Part shown: positions 39,254 through 48,438 of the stretch, in pieces | Layout of the letters: the number at the start of each line of letters is the position of its first letter | Numbering within the stretch: position 1 is the first letter of the stretch | NCBI GenBank assembly: GCA_963663385.2 | Contig: CAXXXD010000004.1 | Location: 768,001-832,000 of the forward strand | DNA length: 64,000 nucleotides | Direction: 5' to 3' | Source of the DNA: Oceanispirochaeta sp. | GTDB lineage: Bacteria > Spirochaetota > Spirochaetia > DSM-2461 | Notes under the pieces: generated by a model | Databases searched by the model: none | What the model was told of the DNA's origin: nothing | The model's input: only the letters and a program-made list of their open reading frames with translations | Made by a program: the position numbers and the translations under genes

Positions 39254-40692
39254 AGAATAAAAATCTGAGCCGGGAAGAGTATCTGTCGGAGCGGGAGTCT
39301 GTCATGACCGGCTGGCGAACCGGTGAGGGAGTCTCTCTGGAAGAGGGCTTCCGTTACCAGCACAGCCTTCCGGAAGGGAAGAAATTCGCCCATGTGTTAA
39401 ACAAGGCTGTTGAGAACAATAAGGTGCTGATTCAGCCACGGGCGGGAGTAGCTCTTGTGGACGAACACATTAAACTGCTGAAATATCTGGAGGAGGAATC
39501 GGATCTTCTCCCCACGACAATAGATGCCTATACCCGGCAGAACCGTTATGCCGAAGCGGAAGAGGGAATCAGAAAATCCCGGGAGGCGGGGCACTCCCTT
39601 CTTAACGGATTTCCGGCGGTCAACCATGGACTTGATTCCTGCCGTCGTATTGTGGAAGCCCTGGATAAACCGGTTGAGATCCGTCACGGAACCCCCGATG
39701 CCCGGCTTCTGGCGGAAATATCTTTTGCCGCCGGATTCAACTCCTTTGAGGGGGGCGGGATCTCCTACAATGTTCCCTACGCCAAAAGTGTTCCCCTGGA
39801 AAAGTCCATCCGGGACTGGCAGTACTGCGACCGCCTTGTGGGGATATATGAACAGGAGGGGATCCGGATAAACCGGGAACCCTTCGGGCCTCTTTCGGGG
39901 ACGCTGGTTCTGCCCTTTATCAGCCACTCCGTTGCCATTATCGAAGGGCTCCTCGCCCTGGAGCAGGGGGTGAAATCCCTGACCCTGGGGTACGGACAGG
40001 CCGGAAATATGGTTCAGGATATCGCAGCCATTCAAACCCTGCGTGAATTGGCTCATAAGTATTTCGGAGAAGCCGGTTATGAGGATTATGAACTCTCTAC
40101 CGTATTCCATCAGTGGATGGGCGGATTCCCCGAGGATGAAGCCCGGGCCTTCTCGGTTATCTCCTGGGGCGGAGCTGTGGCGGCTTTTGCCGGAGCTACC
40201 AAGGTAATTGTTAAAACTCCCCATGAGGCAATGGGAATCCCTACCAGGGAAGCAAACCTGCAGGGGCTCAAGACGACCCGGCAGATTATTCAGATGCTGG
40301 GGGATCAGTGTCTGATCAATATCCGGGAACTGGAGCAGGAAAAAGCCATGATCCACCGTGAAGTGGATGCTGTTCTGGATGCTGTGTTCAAGGCGGGAGA
40401 CGGGGATATCGCCAGAGGGGCCGTTAAAGCTTTTGAAGGAGGCATTATCGATGTTCCCTTTGCCCCGGCTGCCTGTAATGCGGGAAAACTTCTTCCTGTC
40501 CGGGATGATCAGGGAGCTGTGCGGGTCTTTGATCCGGGAAACACCCCTTTCCCGGCGGATGTTCTGGATTTTCACAGGGACAAGGTTCGGGAACGGGCGG
40601 ACAGCGAAGAGCGGGAACCCTGTTTTCAGATGGTAATTGATGATATCTACGCCATAAGCAAAGGGCGACTGGTTGGGAGGCCGCAGAATTGA
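39244..40692 (+). CDS. glmE: Glutamate (methylaspartate) mutase E subunit
   Basis: QPRAGV, LPTTIDAYTRQNRY, LLNGFPAVNHG, RHGTPDARLL, FHQWMGGFP, KTPHEA. Confidence 0.97.
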   Translation: MELENKNLSREEYLSERESVMTGWRTGEGVSLEEGFRYQHSLPEGKKFAHVLNKAVENNKVLIQPRAGVALVDEHIKLLKYLEEESDLLPTTIDAYTRQNRYAEAEEGIRKSREAGHSLLNGFPAVNHGLDSCRRIVEALDKPVEIRHGTPDARLLAEISFAAGFNSFEGGGISYNVPYAKSVPLEKSIRDWQYCDRLVGIYEQEGIRINREPFGPLSGTLVLPFISHSVAIIEGLLALEQGVKSLTLGYGQAGNMVQDIAAIQTLRELAHKYFGEAGYEDYELSTVFHQWMGGFPEDEARAFSVISWGGAVAAFAGATKVIVKTPHEAMGIPTREANLQGLKTTRQIIQMLGDQCLINIRELEQEKAMIHREVDAVLDAVFKAGDGDIARGAVKAFEGGIIDVPFAPAACNAGKLLPVRDDQGAVRVFDPGNTPFPADVLDFHRDKVRERADSEEREPCFQMVIDDIYAISKGRLVGRPQN

Positions 40693-41942
40693 AGATTGTA
40701 AAAGTACTGTTTTCTCCGGGTGTGACCGGATTCTTTTTTGATGATCAGAAAGCTATAAAATCGGGTGCCGAACACGATGGGTTTATCTATAAGGGCGAGG
40801 CTGTGACTCCCGGATTCCGGAGTATCCGTATGGCCGGAGAGTCCATTTCGATTCAGCTTGTAATGGAGAACGGCCGGATAGCCCGTGGGGACTGCGCAGC
40901 AGTTCAGTACTCCGGGGCCGGAGGACGGGACCCCCTCTTTCTGGCGGAAACCTATATCCCTTTTCTGGAGAAACATATCAAACCCCCTCTGGAAGGCCGG
41001 AACATCCTCTCTTTCCGGGAGGAAGCTGAGTATTTTGATGCTCTGGAAGTGGAGGGCGGCAAGCTTCACACAGCCCTGCGTTACGGGATTTCCCAGGCCC
41101 TGCTGGATGCGGCGGCTATCGCTTCGAATTGCCTGAAAAGCGAAGTTATCTGCCGGGAGTATGATCTGCCTGTCGTAGCCGAAGGAGTTCCCCTGTTCGC
41201 TCAGACCGGAGACGACCGCTACAATGCGGTGGATAAAATGATTCTGAAAAATGTGGATGTCCTGCCCCACGGGCTTATCAACAATGTGGATGAGAAACTG
41301 GGCCGGAAGGGTGAGAAACTCCTGGAATATGTGGCCTGGCTCCGGAATCGCGTAGGGACTCTGCGGCAGGATGTTTCGTATAAACCGGATCTCCATATCG
41401 ATGTGTACGGAACAATCGGGCTGATTTTTGAGGGTGACACGGATAAAATGGCCGATTATTTCCTGCAGCTGGAAGAGGCGGCCGGAGATTTGCAGCTCTA
41501 TATCGAAGGCCCCGTGGATATGGGAGAGAAACAGGCTCAGATCAAAGCCATGGGAGACCTGAAGAGGGCTCTTGAAGAACGGAACTGCCGTGTTAAAACC
41601 GTAGCGGATGAGTGGTGCAATACCTGGGAGGATATCCGGGATTTTACCGATGCGGGCTGCTGCCATATGGTGCAGATTAAAACCCCCGACCTGGGGAGTG
41701 TGCATAATATTGTGAAAAGCGTGCTCTACTGCCGGGAGAAGGGGATGGAAGCCTATCAGGGGGGGACCTGTAACGAAACGGATATTTCGGCTCAGACCTG
41801 CACCCATATTGCCCTGGCGGTAAGAGCCGAGCGTCTACTTGTTAAGCCCGGGATGGGGTTTGACGAAGGGTTGACTATCGTCAGAAATGAAATGGAACGC
41901 ACCCTTGCGGTTCTTAAATACAAAGCCGGGGAGGACGTCTGA
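40689..41942 (+). CDS. mal: 3-methylaspartate ammonia-lyase
   Basis: GFFFDDQKAIK, GDCAAVQYSGAGGRDPLF, LPHGLIN, HIDVYG, VADEWCNT, QIKTPDLG, KPGMGFDEG. Confidence 0.97.
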   Translation: MKIVKVLFSPGVTGFFFDDQKAIKSGAEHDGFIYKGEAVTPGFRSIRMAGESISIQLVMENGRIARGDCAAVQYSGAGGRDPLFLAETYIPFLEKHIKPPLEGRNILSFREEAEYFDALEVEGGKLHTALRYGISQALLDAAAIASNCLKSEVICREYDLPVVAEGVPLFAQTGDDRYNAVDKMILKNVDVLPHGLINNVDEKLGRKGEKLLEYVAWLRNRVGTLRQDVSYKPDLHIDVYGTIGLIFEGDTDKMADYFLQLEEAAGDLQLYIEGPVDMGEKQAQIKAMGDLKRALEERNCRVKTVADEWCNTWEDIRDFTDAGCCHMVQIKTPDLGSVHNIVKSVLYCREKGMEAYQGGTCNETDISAQTCTHIALAVRAERLLVKPGMGFDEGLTIVRNEMERTLAVLKYKAGEDV

Positions 41943-41943
41943 A

Positions 41944-43308
41944 ATGGAAAACAAAGTGAAAAAAGAATTTACCGTGCTGTCTCCCACAGCTATTCTGGGA
42001 TACGGGTTTCCTGAGGAATCCTTCTACAGGGGGCTGGAAGCTTCTCCCGATCTGATTGCCGTAGACGGCGGTTCAACCGATCCCGGCCCCTACTACCTGG
42101 GAGCGGGAAAGTCCTTTACAGACAGGACCGGTGTAAAACGGGATTTGCGCTATATGATTACCGAAGGGGTCAAGCGGGGTATCCCCGTGGTTGTCGGAAC
42201 AGCGGGCGGCAGCGGGGCGGCTCCCCATCTGCAGTGGTGCCGGCAGATCGTGGAGGAGATTGCCCGGGAACAGGATCTCTCCTTTAAACTGGGGCTGATT
42301 CACTCGGATATAGACCGGGAGGTTGTCCGCACAGCCCTGAAAGCCGGGAAGATTACCCCTCTGGAATATGTGCCGGAGCTGACGGAAGAGGCTCTGGATG
42401 AAACGGATAATATTGTTGCCCAGATAGGCGTGGAGCCCATGATACGCGCCCTGGAAGAGGGGTGTCAGGTTATCCTTTCGGGGAGAGCCTACGATCCCGC
42501 CTGTTTCTCCGCTCTGCCCATTATGAAGGGGTATGATCCGGGACTGGCGACCCATATGGGCAAAATTCTGGAGTGTGCCGCCATTGCCGCTTCGCCCGGT
42601 TCCGGTTCCGACTGTGTTCTGGGCATACTGGAGGAGGACTCTTTTCGTCTGGAAACTCTCAGTCCGGAGCGCCGTTTTACCGCAGAATCGACGGCAGCCC
42701 ATACGCTTTATGAAAAATCCGATCCCTATCATCTGCATGGTCCGGGAGGTATCCTGAACCTGGAGAGTTGCCGGTTTGAGGAAATCCCGTCCGGAGTCAG
42801 GGTGAGGGGCAGCCGGTTTGAACCCTCAGGTTCCTATACGGTAAAACTGGAAGGAGCCCGCCTGATAGGTTACAGAACCATCAGTATTGCCGGAACCCGT
42901 GACCGGATCCTTATCAATCAGATCGAATCCGTGGCGGATCTGGTAAAGAAACGGGTGGAGGACCTTCTTAAAAAAGAGAACCTTCAGGGGGATGTCTCTT
43001 TTCATCTCTACGGAAAAAACGGTGTTATGGGAGATCTGGAACCGGAGAAGAACTCAGTCGGCAAAGAGCTGGCCATTGTAATTGAAGCGATAGCCCCGGA
43101 ACAGGAGATGGCCGACACCATCTGCAGCATGACCCGTTCAACCTTTCTGCATTACGGGTACGACGGCCGGATCTCTACAGCCGGAAACCTGGCTTTTCCC
43201 TTCTCTCCCTCGGATATCCGGGCGGGAGAGGTGTATACATTCTCCCTCTATCATATAATGGAAGTAAATGATCAGGAACTTTTCAAAGTCGAGGTATGCG
43301 AATTATGA
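41944..43308 (+). CDS. AtuA-like (acyclic terpene utilization/DUF1446) family protein
   Basis: LSPTAILGYGF, DGGSTDPGPYYLG, GTAGGSG, GRAYDP, HMGKILEC, AHTLYEK, TAGNLAFPFSP. Confidence 0.85.
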   Translation: MENKVKKEFTVLSPTAILGYGFPEESFYRGLEASPDLIAVDGGSTDPGPYYLGAGKSFTDRTGVKRDLRYMITEGVKRGIPVVVGTAGGSGAAPHLQWCRQIVEEIAREQDLSFKLGLIHSDIDREVVRTALKAGKITPLEYVPELTEEALDETDNIVAQIGVEPMIRALEEGCQVILSGRAYDPACFSALPIMKGYDPGLATHMGKILECAAIAASPGSGSDCVLGILEEDSFRLETLSPERRFTAESTAAHTLYEKSDPYHLHGPGGILNLESCRFEEIPSGVRVRGSRFEPSGSYTVKLEGARLIGYRTISIAGTRDRILINQIESVADLVKKRVEDLLKKENLQGDVSFHLYGKNGVMGDLEPEKNSVGKELAIVIEAIAPEQEMADTICSMTRSTFLHYGYDGRISTAGNLAFPFSPSDIRAGEVYTFSLYHIMEVNDQELFKVEVCEL

Positions 43309-43619
43309 GAAAAATAACCGATCTGGCCCGTGTTATCCGGTCCAAAAATGCCGGTCCCTTCGAACTGACACTGGATGTTATATTCCGGGAAGCCGCCGAT
43401 TATAATAAAATCAAGGAGAGAAAGCTTATCAATGAGGAGCTCATAGCCGGGTTGTACAAGATAGAGCCTTCTCTGGTTAAAAATCTGGTCTATTTTGATC
43501 CCGCCCATGCGGTGAAGGTTACCATGAAGCGGGAAATCCCCTCCGGTTCTCCCGGCGATACGGATATCTACGGGGCACAGCAGCATGCGCCGCTTCTGGA
43601 TCTGGAGTTTGATATTTAA
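43305..43619 (+). CDS. DUF4387-like protein
   Basis: LARVIRSKNAGPFELTLD...GDTDIYGAQQHAPL; ATGA overlap with the upstream gene. Confidence 0.85.
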   Translation: MRKITDLARVIRSKNAGPFELTLDVIFREAADYNKIKERKLINEELIAGLYKIEPSLVKNLVYFDPAHAVKVTMKREIPSGSPGDTDIYGAQQHAPLLDLEFDI

Positions 43620-44561
43620 ATGTATACCCAGAGCAATCCTGTCAGTGAAAACCTGATCTATTCCACCTATTATGCCCCCCGGGGGAGGAAACGACTCTAC
43701 CAGCTGGGAAGTATGCTATCCCAGCGGTATATTTCGCCGGAAGATAAGCTGATAGGTGTGATCGGAGCGGAGGGCGCCGGGAAATCAACCCTGATCAAAG
43801 CCCTGTTCCCCGGTCTGGAACTGACCAATGACGATGACGGTGTCAATCTGAGACCCACTCCGATCTACGATTTCGATCAGGGGAATTTCTTCTCCGGCCA
43901 GACCTTTCATATTGACTACCGTTACGAATCGGCCTTTCATCAGAAGTTCGAAATTCTTGATGCCATCAACCGGGCCATTGAAGACGGGCGGCGGGTCATA
44001 ATTGAGCACTTCGATCTGGTCTATGAAGCCCTGGGGTACAATGCCCAGATTCTGTTCGGTATAGGGGAGGAAGTGATTGTTGCACGGCCAACCGTATTCG
44101 GACCATCCCCCCTCTCGATTCGTGAAATTGTTAACCGTACCATAAAATACCGGTTGATGGCCCATACGGCAGAAGACATAACCAGCATGGTTCTGGAAAA
44201 AGAGTACAACTACCATAATCCGGTCCTCCACTCCGATGTAAAACACGGTTTTGTGATCAGTTTTCCCGAAGAACCGAAAATCCCGATAGCCGAGCTGGAA
44301 GCCAAGGTCCTGGATATCATAGCGCAGGATGTCAAAGTGACCATAGCCCGGGATAAGCATATCCATATCGGGGATTACGATATGTTCTGCACCGGTCCCC
44401 GGACCCACGTCAAGTCCTCCGGTCAGATCAGGAACTTCAAGCTGCGGAAGGAGTACTCCTACGATCCTCTGACCAGGCAGTACTATCTGATCGGAAGGGT
44501 GGGGAACCGGGAAATCGCAGGGTATGAGAATATACTTCAGGAACCCGACATCCCCACTTAG
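43620..44561 (+). CDS. P-loop domain fused to an AlaRS/ThrRS second additional (editing-type, tRNA_SAD) domain
   Basis: Walker A GAEGAGKS; RLMAHTAED and FCTGPRTHV resemble the HxxxH and CxGTH motifs of AlaX-type editing domains. Confidence 0.75.
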   Translation: MYTQSNPVSENLIYSTYYAPRGRKRLYQLGSMLSQRYISPEDKLIGVIGAEGAGKSTLIKALFPGLELTNDDDGVNLRPTPIYDFDQGNFFSGQTFHIDYRYESAFHQKFEILDAINRAIEDGRRVIIEHFDLVYEALGYNAQILFGIGEEVIVARPTVFGPSPLSIREIVNRTIKYRLMAHTAEDITSMVLEKEYNYHNPVLHSDVKHGFVISFPEEPKIPIAELEAKVLDIIAQDVKVTIARDKHIHIGDYDMFCTGPRTHVKSSGQIRNFKLRKEYSYDPLTRQYYLIGRVGNREIAGYENILQEPDIPT

Positions 44562-44692
44562 GAGCACAGGCGGTACAGCTGCCGCGTCGTTCCTTATCCG
44601 CCGTATAATTCGGATTCGTCTCTTCTTGCGTTTGAACCGTCTGTTGTCCTCTGTTTTCTTTTCTAGACGGAGAAGGCGCTGTGTCGATCCTG

Positions 44693-44817
44693 TTGACGGC
44701 CTGCCTTTCCGGGAGTAGTATGGGACTGTAGTCCGGGTCGATTCCTGTGAACGGTACCGGACGGAAAAATATCTTATCACTATCAAATCAGGCTTGATTC
44801 GGGGAGGACAGGTGCTG
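44693..44817 (+). promoter_or_regulatory. Sigma70 promoter and pan-motif-like tandem bulged-A hairpin leader of coaX
   Basis: TTGACG-17bp-TAGTAT; hairpins GTCCGG-GTCG-A-TTC-ctgt-GAA-CGGT-A-CCGGAC (44731-44762) and CAGGCTTG-A-TTC-gggga-GGA-CAGGT-G-CTG (44789-44817). Confidence 0.6.
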
Positions 44818-44840
44818 AAAAACGTAAAGACGAAATTGCC

Positions 44841-45614
44841 ATGATCCTGGCGCTGGATGCAGGGAGTTCCCGCCTGTTCGGCGGGATTCTGCAAGAGGGC
44901 ATACTGATTGCTTCATTCAGAAAAAACAGCTCAACCGGTATCACCGCCGATGAGATAGGTCTCTTTCTGCTGCAGTGGCTGCAGGCTAAAGACATGGATG
45001 CTTCCGATGTGGAAGGCTTTGTTTTCTGCTCTGTTGTCCCGGAGCTGAACGGGATTCTGGAAGAGTGCAGCCGGATCTATTTCGGCCTGGATGCTCTGAC
45101 CCTGAGAGCCGGAGTTAAAAGCGGGCTGCAGGTAAAGTATACCAACCACCATGAGTTGGGTGCTGACCTTATTGCCAATGCTGTAGCCGGTGTAAAACTG
45201 CATCCCGGAAAGAATCTTATTATTGTAGATTTTGGAACAGCTACCAGTCTGTGCGGGGTCAGTGCTGCCAGAGAGTATCTGGGAGGCACCCTTATCCCGG
45301 GGCTGGATATTACCATGGAGGCCCTGGCTGATAGAACAGCCAGACTGCCGGCGGTGGAAATCTGCCCGGTACAGAAGGTCTGCGGAAGGGATACGGTCAG
45401 CGGTATTCAGGGGGGACTGTTTTTCGGAACCCTGGGGATGCTTAAAGAGCTGATCTACCGGATGCGCCGCGAGTGCTTTGCAGATGATGAAGTAACTGTT
45501 ATTGCGACGGGGCAGCATGCCGGCCTGTTCAGAAAATTTCGTTTATTCGATTACATAGTACCGGAGCTTGTACTCCTCGGTTTGGAAGAAATCAGAGAAC
45601 TCAACCTGATTTGA
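44841..45614 (+). CDS. coaX: Type III pantothenate kinase homolog with divergent motifs
   Basis: [43 protein letters not shown]. Confidence 0.85.
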   Translation: MILALDAGSSRLFGGILQEGILIASFRKNSSTGITADEIGLFLLQWLQAKDMDASDVEGFVFCSVVPELNGILEECSRIYFGLDALTLRAGVKSGLQVKYTNHHELGADLIANAVAGVKLHPGKNLIIVDFGTATSLCGVSAAREYLGGTLIPGLDITMEALADRTARLPAVEICPVQKVCGRDTVSGIQGGLFFGTLGMLKELIYRMRRECFADDEVTVIATGQHAGLFRKFRLFDYIVPELVLLGLEEIRELNLI

Positions 45615-45631
45615 CTAGGCTGGAGGACGCT

Positions 45632-46537
45632 TTGAGCGAACAGACCTGGTCTGAGAAACAGACCGCAACATGGAAGAGTAAAGTAGGATTGGCAGAGATG
45701 CTGAAGGGCGGAGTTATTATGGATGTGGTAACTCCCGAACAGGCTGTCATAGCAGAAGAAGCCGGAGCATCGGCTGTAATGGCCCTGGAACGGGTCCCTG
45801 CTGATATCAGGCAGGACGGCGGGGTGGCGAGAATGTCCGATCCCGAAATGATCAGGGGAATTCAGGACGCCGTCAGCATACCTGTTATGGCAAAATGCCG
45901 AATCGGCCATTTTACCGAAGCCCGCATACTGGAAGCTCTTGAAATTGATTTTATTGATGAATCCGAAGTCCTTACTCCGGCGGATGACCGCTATCATGTT
46001 CTAAAGGATGATTTTCGGGTCCCCTTTGTCTGCGGATGCCGGAACCTGGGAGAAGCCCTCAGGCGGATCGGCGAAGGAGCCGTTATGATCCGGACGAAAG
46101 GAGAAGCCGGAACGGGAGATATTTCCGAGGCCGTCCGGCATATGCGGACGCTTAAGGAAGATATCGCCCGTCTGGCAGGGCTTCCGAAAGAGACCCTCAT
46201 GACTGCCGCAAAAGAGATGGGGGCTCCCTACGATCTGGTTCTCGAAGTAGCCCGTACGGGAAAGCTGCCAGTTCCCAATTTCTCGGCAGGAGGGGTAGCA
46301 ACACCGGCGGATGCCGCATTGATGATGCATCTGGGGGCGGAAGCCGTATTTGTCGGTTCGGGGATCTTTAAATCTGAAAATCCGGCTAAAAGAGCCCGCG
46401 CGGTTGTAGAAGCTGTCACTTTCTATCAGGATCCCTGCAAGCTGGCTGAGATCTCACGGAATCTGGGTGCCCCCATGACGGGTATCGGAATGGATGATCT
46501 GCCCACAGATCAGCGTCTGGCAACAAGGGGCTGGTAA
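45632..46537 (+). CDS. pdxS: Pyridoxal 5'-phosphate synthase lyase subunit
   Basis: [62 protein letters not shown] before TTG 45632. Confidence 0.97.
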   Translation: MSEQTWSEKQTATWKSKVGLAEMLKGGVIMDVVTPEQAVIAEEAGASAVMALERVPADIRQDGGVARMSDPEMIRGIQDAVSIPVMAKCRIGHFTEARILEALEIDFIDESEVLTPADDRYHVLKDDFRVPFVCGCRNLGEALRRIGEGAVMIRTKGEAGTGDISEAVRHMRTLKEDIARLAGLPKETLMTAAKEMGAPYDLVLEVARTGKLPVPNFSAGGVATPADAALMMHLGAEAVFVGSGIFKSENPAKRARAVVEAVTFYQDPCKLAEISRNLGAPMTGIGMDDLPTDQRLATRGW

Positions 46538-47097
46538 TGACGGTTCCCGGGATATTGGCTCTTCAGGGAGGATACGCGGCCCATGGTCAAGTTCTGAAAA
46601 GGATGGGATATAATCCTGTCGAAGTCAGAACCCCGGAAGATCTGAAAAAGGCTGATTGCCTGATTCTGCCGGGAGGTGAAAGTACGGTGATGATAAAACT
46701 CCTGAAGCGTTGCGGTCTTTTCATACCCCTGAAGAGGAGCATTCAGGAGGGGATGCCTGTGTTCGGAACCTGTGCCGGCATGATTCTTCTTTCTTCCGGT
46801 ATCGAAGGTCTTGCCCAACCGGTGCTGTCAGCTATGGACTGTAGAGTCAGGCGGAATGCATACGGACGGCAGATCGACAGTTTTGAGGCACAGTTGAATT
46901 GGGGAAAGCATTCTATCCCTGCGTTATTTATACGGGCTCCGCAGGTAAGCAGCACGGGAAAGGATGTGGAAATCCTGATTCGTTTTGAAAACAGTCCCGT
47001 ACTGATAAAACAGGGGAAAAGACTGGCTGCCAGTTTTCATCCGGAATTAACCGGATCAGACCTGGTACACCGGTATTTTATGGAATCAATCTGCTGA
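46537..47097 (+). CDS. pdxT: Pyridoxal 5'-phosphate synthase glutaminase subunit
   Basis: GILALQGG, LPGGEST, GTCAGMIL, RRNAYGRQIDSF, FIRAP, SFHPEL. Confidence 0.96.
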   Translation: MTVPGILALQGGYAAHGQVLKRMGYNPVEVRTPEDLKKADCLILPGGESTVMIKLLKRCGLFIPLKRSIQEGMPVFGTCAGMILLSSGIEGLAQPVLSAMDCRVRRNAYGRQIDSFEAQLNWGKHSIPALFIRAPQVSSTGKDVEILIRFENSPVLIKQGKRLAASFHPELTGSDLVHRYFMESIC

Positions 47098-47109
47098 TGT
47101 TCTGATTTA

Positions 47110-47146
47110 TAATTAACCGGTTCCTTTTTGGGGATCCGGTTAATTA
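47110..47146 (+). terminator. Hairpin after pdxT
   Basis: TAATTAACCGG...CCGGTTAATTA inverted repeat. Confidence 0.6.
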
Positions 47147-47238
47147 CCCTTCTGAAATTTGCGTTTTTTTCAAATAAACTGGAATCCATTATTACTTTCA
47201 CCTTATAATTTGTAATGAGAGAACCGGGGAAAATATAA

Positions 47239-47793
47239 ATGGATGAATATATTAAAAAAAAAATAGGCGACGGTCAAAAATTGATTGAAACAAGAATTTT
47301 TATCAAAAAAAGGGATTTCAAATATATTTACTGTAATGATATTTTTGCAGCGGATCTTTGCATGGAAAAAGAGGATATTCTTGGAAAGGATGATTTTTTC
47401 CTCTACCCTGCAGGGATCGCAGAAAAATATAAGTATGATGATGGAAAAGTCTTCCAGTATGGAAAATTTCATGATTGTCATGAAATGTATATGCTTTCAG
47501 GGAAAATGTACTGGGCTAATACAGCCAAGATTCCCATCTTTGATCAGGATGGGAATGTTACCGGGGTTCTGGGTCTTGTTTCGGTAGCCGTGAAAACGCA
47601 TTCCCGAACAGAAGAATCCTCCTCGGTACAAATTTCGAACCAGTACGAAGGGTTCAGTAAAGGGGAGTTTCGAAAACACTTTACTGAAGAGGATCTGAAA
47701 GAGATTATGCATTTTTCCAGCTTCAATCAAACCGAACAGAACAGAACAATCAGCGGGATTGTGGATGCGGTTCACTTCTATGAGGCTGTGTAA
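47239..47793 (+). CDS. PAS/PAC domain protein without a recognisable output domain
   Basis: IFIKK...YIYCN..FA...EDILGKDDF..YP..IAEKY..DD; KIPIFDQDGNVTGVLG. Confidence 0.7.
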   Translation: MDEYIKKKIGDGQKLIETRIFIKKRDFKYIYCNDIFAADLCMEKEDILGKDDFFLYPAGIAEKYKYDDGKVFQYGKFHDCHEMYMLSGKMYWANTAKIPIFDQDGNVTGVLGLVSVAVKTHSRTEESSSVQISNQYEGFSKGEFRKHFTEEDLKEIMHFSSFNQTEQNRTISGIVDAVHFYEAV

Positions 47794-47916
47794 AAAAGGA
47801 ATATCCCCTCTATATAAATTGATGCTTGTTCTGGATGTATTCTTGAATAAGCCCTCCCCCATGGAATGAGGGGCGCAATATGAAAGATCTACCTGTTATG
47901 GGTGTTATAAAATAGT

Positions 47917-48438
47917 TTATTTGAAAATACTGTTCCCCTTGCTGTCGATGGCAACGAATACGGGAAAATCGGTTACTTCCAGTTTATAGATTGCTTCAGG
48001 TCCCAGATCTTCAAATGCTATAAGTTCACAGGAGGTAATCCGGTCCGAATAGAGAGCCCCGCATCCTCCGAAGGCATAGAGAAATACAGCCCCGTTCCGT
48101 TTGATAGCCTCATAGACATCCCTGTTCCGGTTGCCTTTGCCGATCATTCCGGTAAGCCCCCGGTCAAGCAGGGCAGGGGCAAAGGGGTCCATCCGTCCGG
48201 CTGTCGTCGGCCCGGCGGAACCTATGACCCGTCCCTCCGGTGTAGGGCTTGGCCCCATGTAGTAGATGATGTTCCCTTTCAGTTCTATCGGGAGGGGTTC
48301 ACCCTTATCCAGAAGTCCTATCATCCTCTGATGAGCCTGGTCGCGGCCCACAAAAATGGTCCCGTTCAGCCTCAGTTCCTCTCCGGCTTTCAGTTCTTTT
48401 ACAAAGGATTTTTCAAGGGGGAGTTGTATCTTTCTCAT
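47917..48438 (-). CDS. Class I Fe-S fumarate hydratase, beta subunit
   Basis: GRDQAH, YYMGP.P, SAGPTTAGRMD, MIGKG, GGCGAL, DLGPEAI, AIDSKGN. Confidence 0.92.
   Translation of the reverse strand: MRKIQLPLEKSFVKELKAGEELRLNGTIFVGRDQAHQRMIGLLDKGEPLPIELKGNIIYYMGPSPTPEGRVIGSAGPTTAGRMDPFAPALLDRGLTGMIGKGNRNRDVYEAIKRNGAVFLYAFGGCGALYSDRITSCELIAFEDLGPEAIYKLEVTDFPVFVAIDSKGNSIFK

Noticed and set aside
44524..44718. Arg-rich 64-aa ORF
   Set aside because: Overlaps the upstream gene end and the coaX promoter; its composition is explained by the structured pyrimidine-rich spacer
39397..44894. Long antisense ORFs (392, 386, 221 and 369 aa) opposite the mutase operon
   Set aside because: Shadow frames of clearly identified plus-strand genes with non-protein-like composition
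45632..45670. Short duplication GAGCGAACAGACC/GAGAAACAGACC at the pdxS 5' end ([10 protein letters not shown])
   Set aside because: Small change in a variable N-terminus with no evident functional meaning
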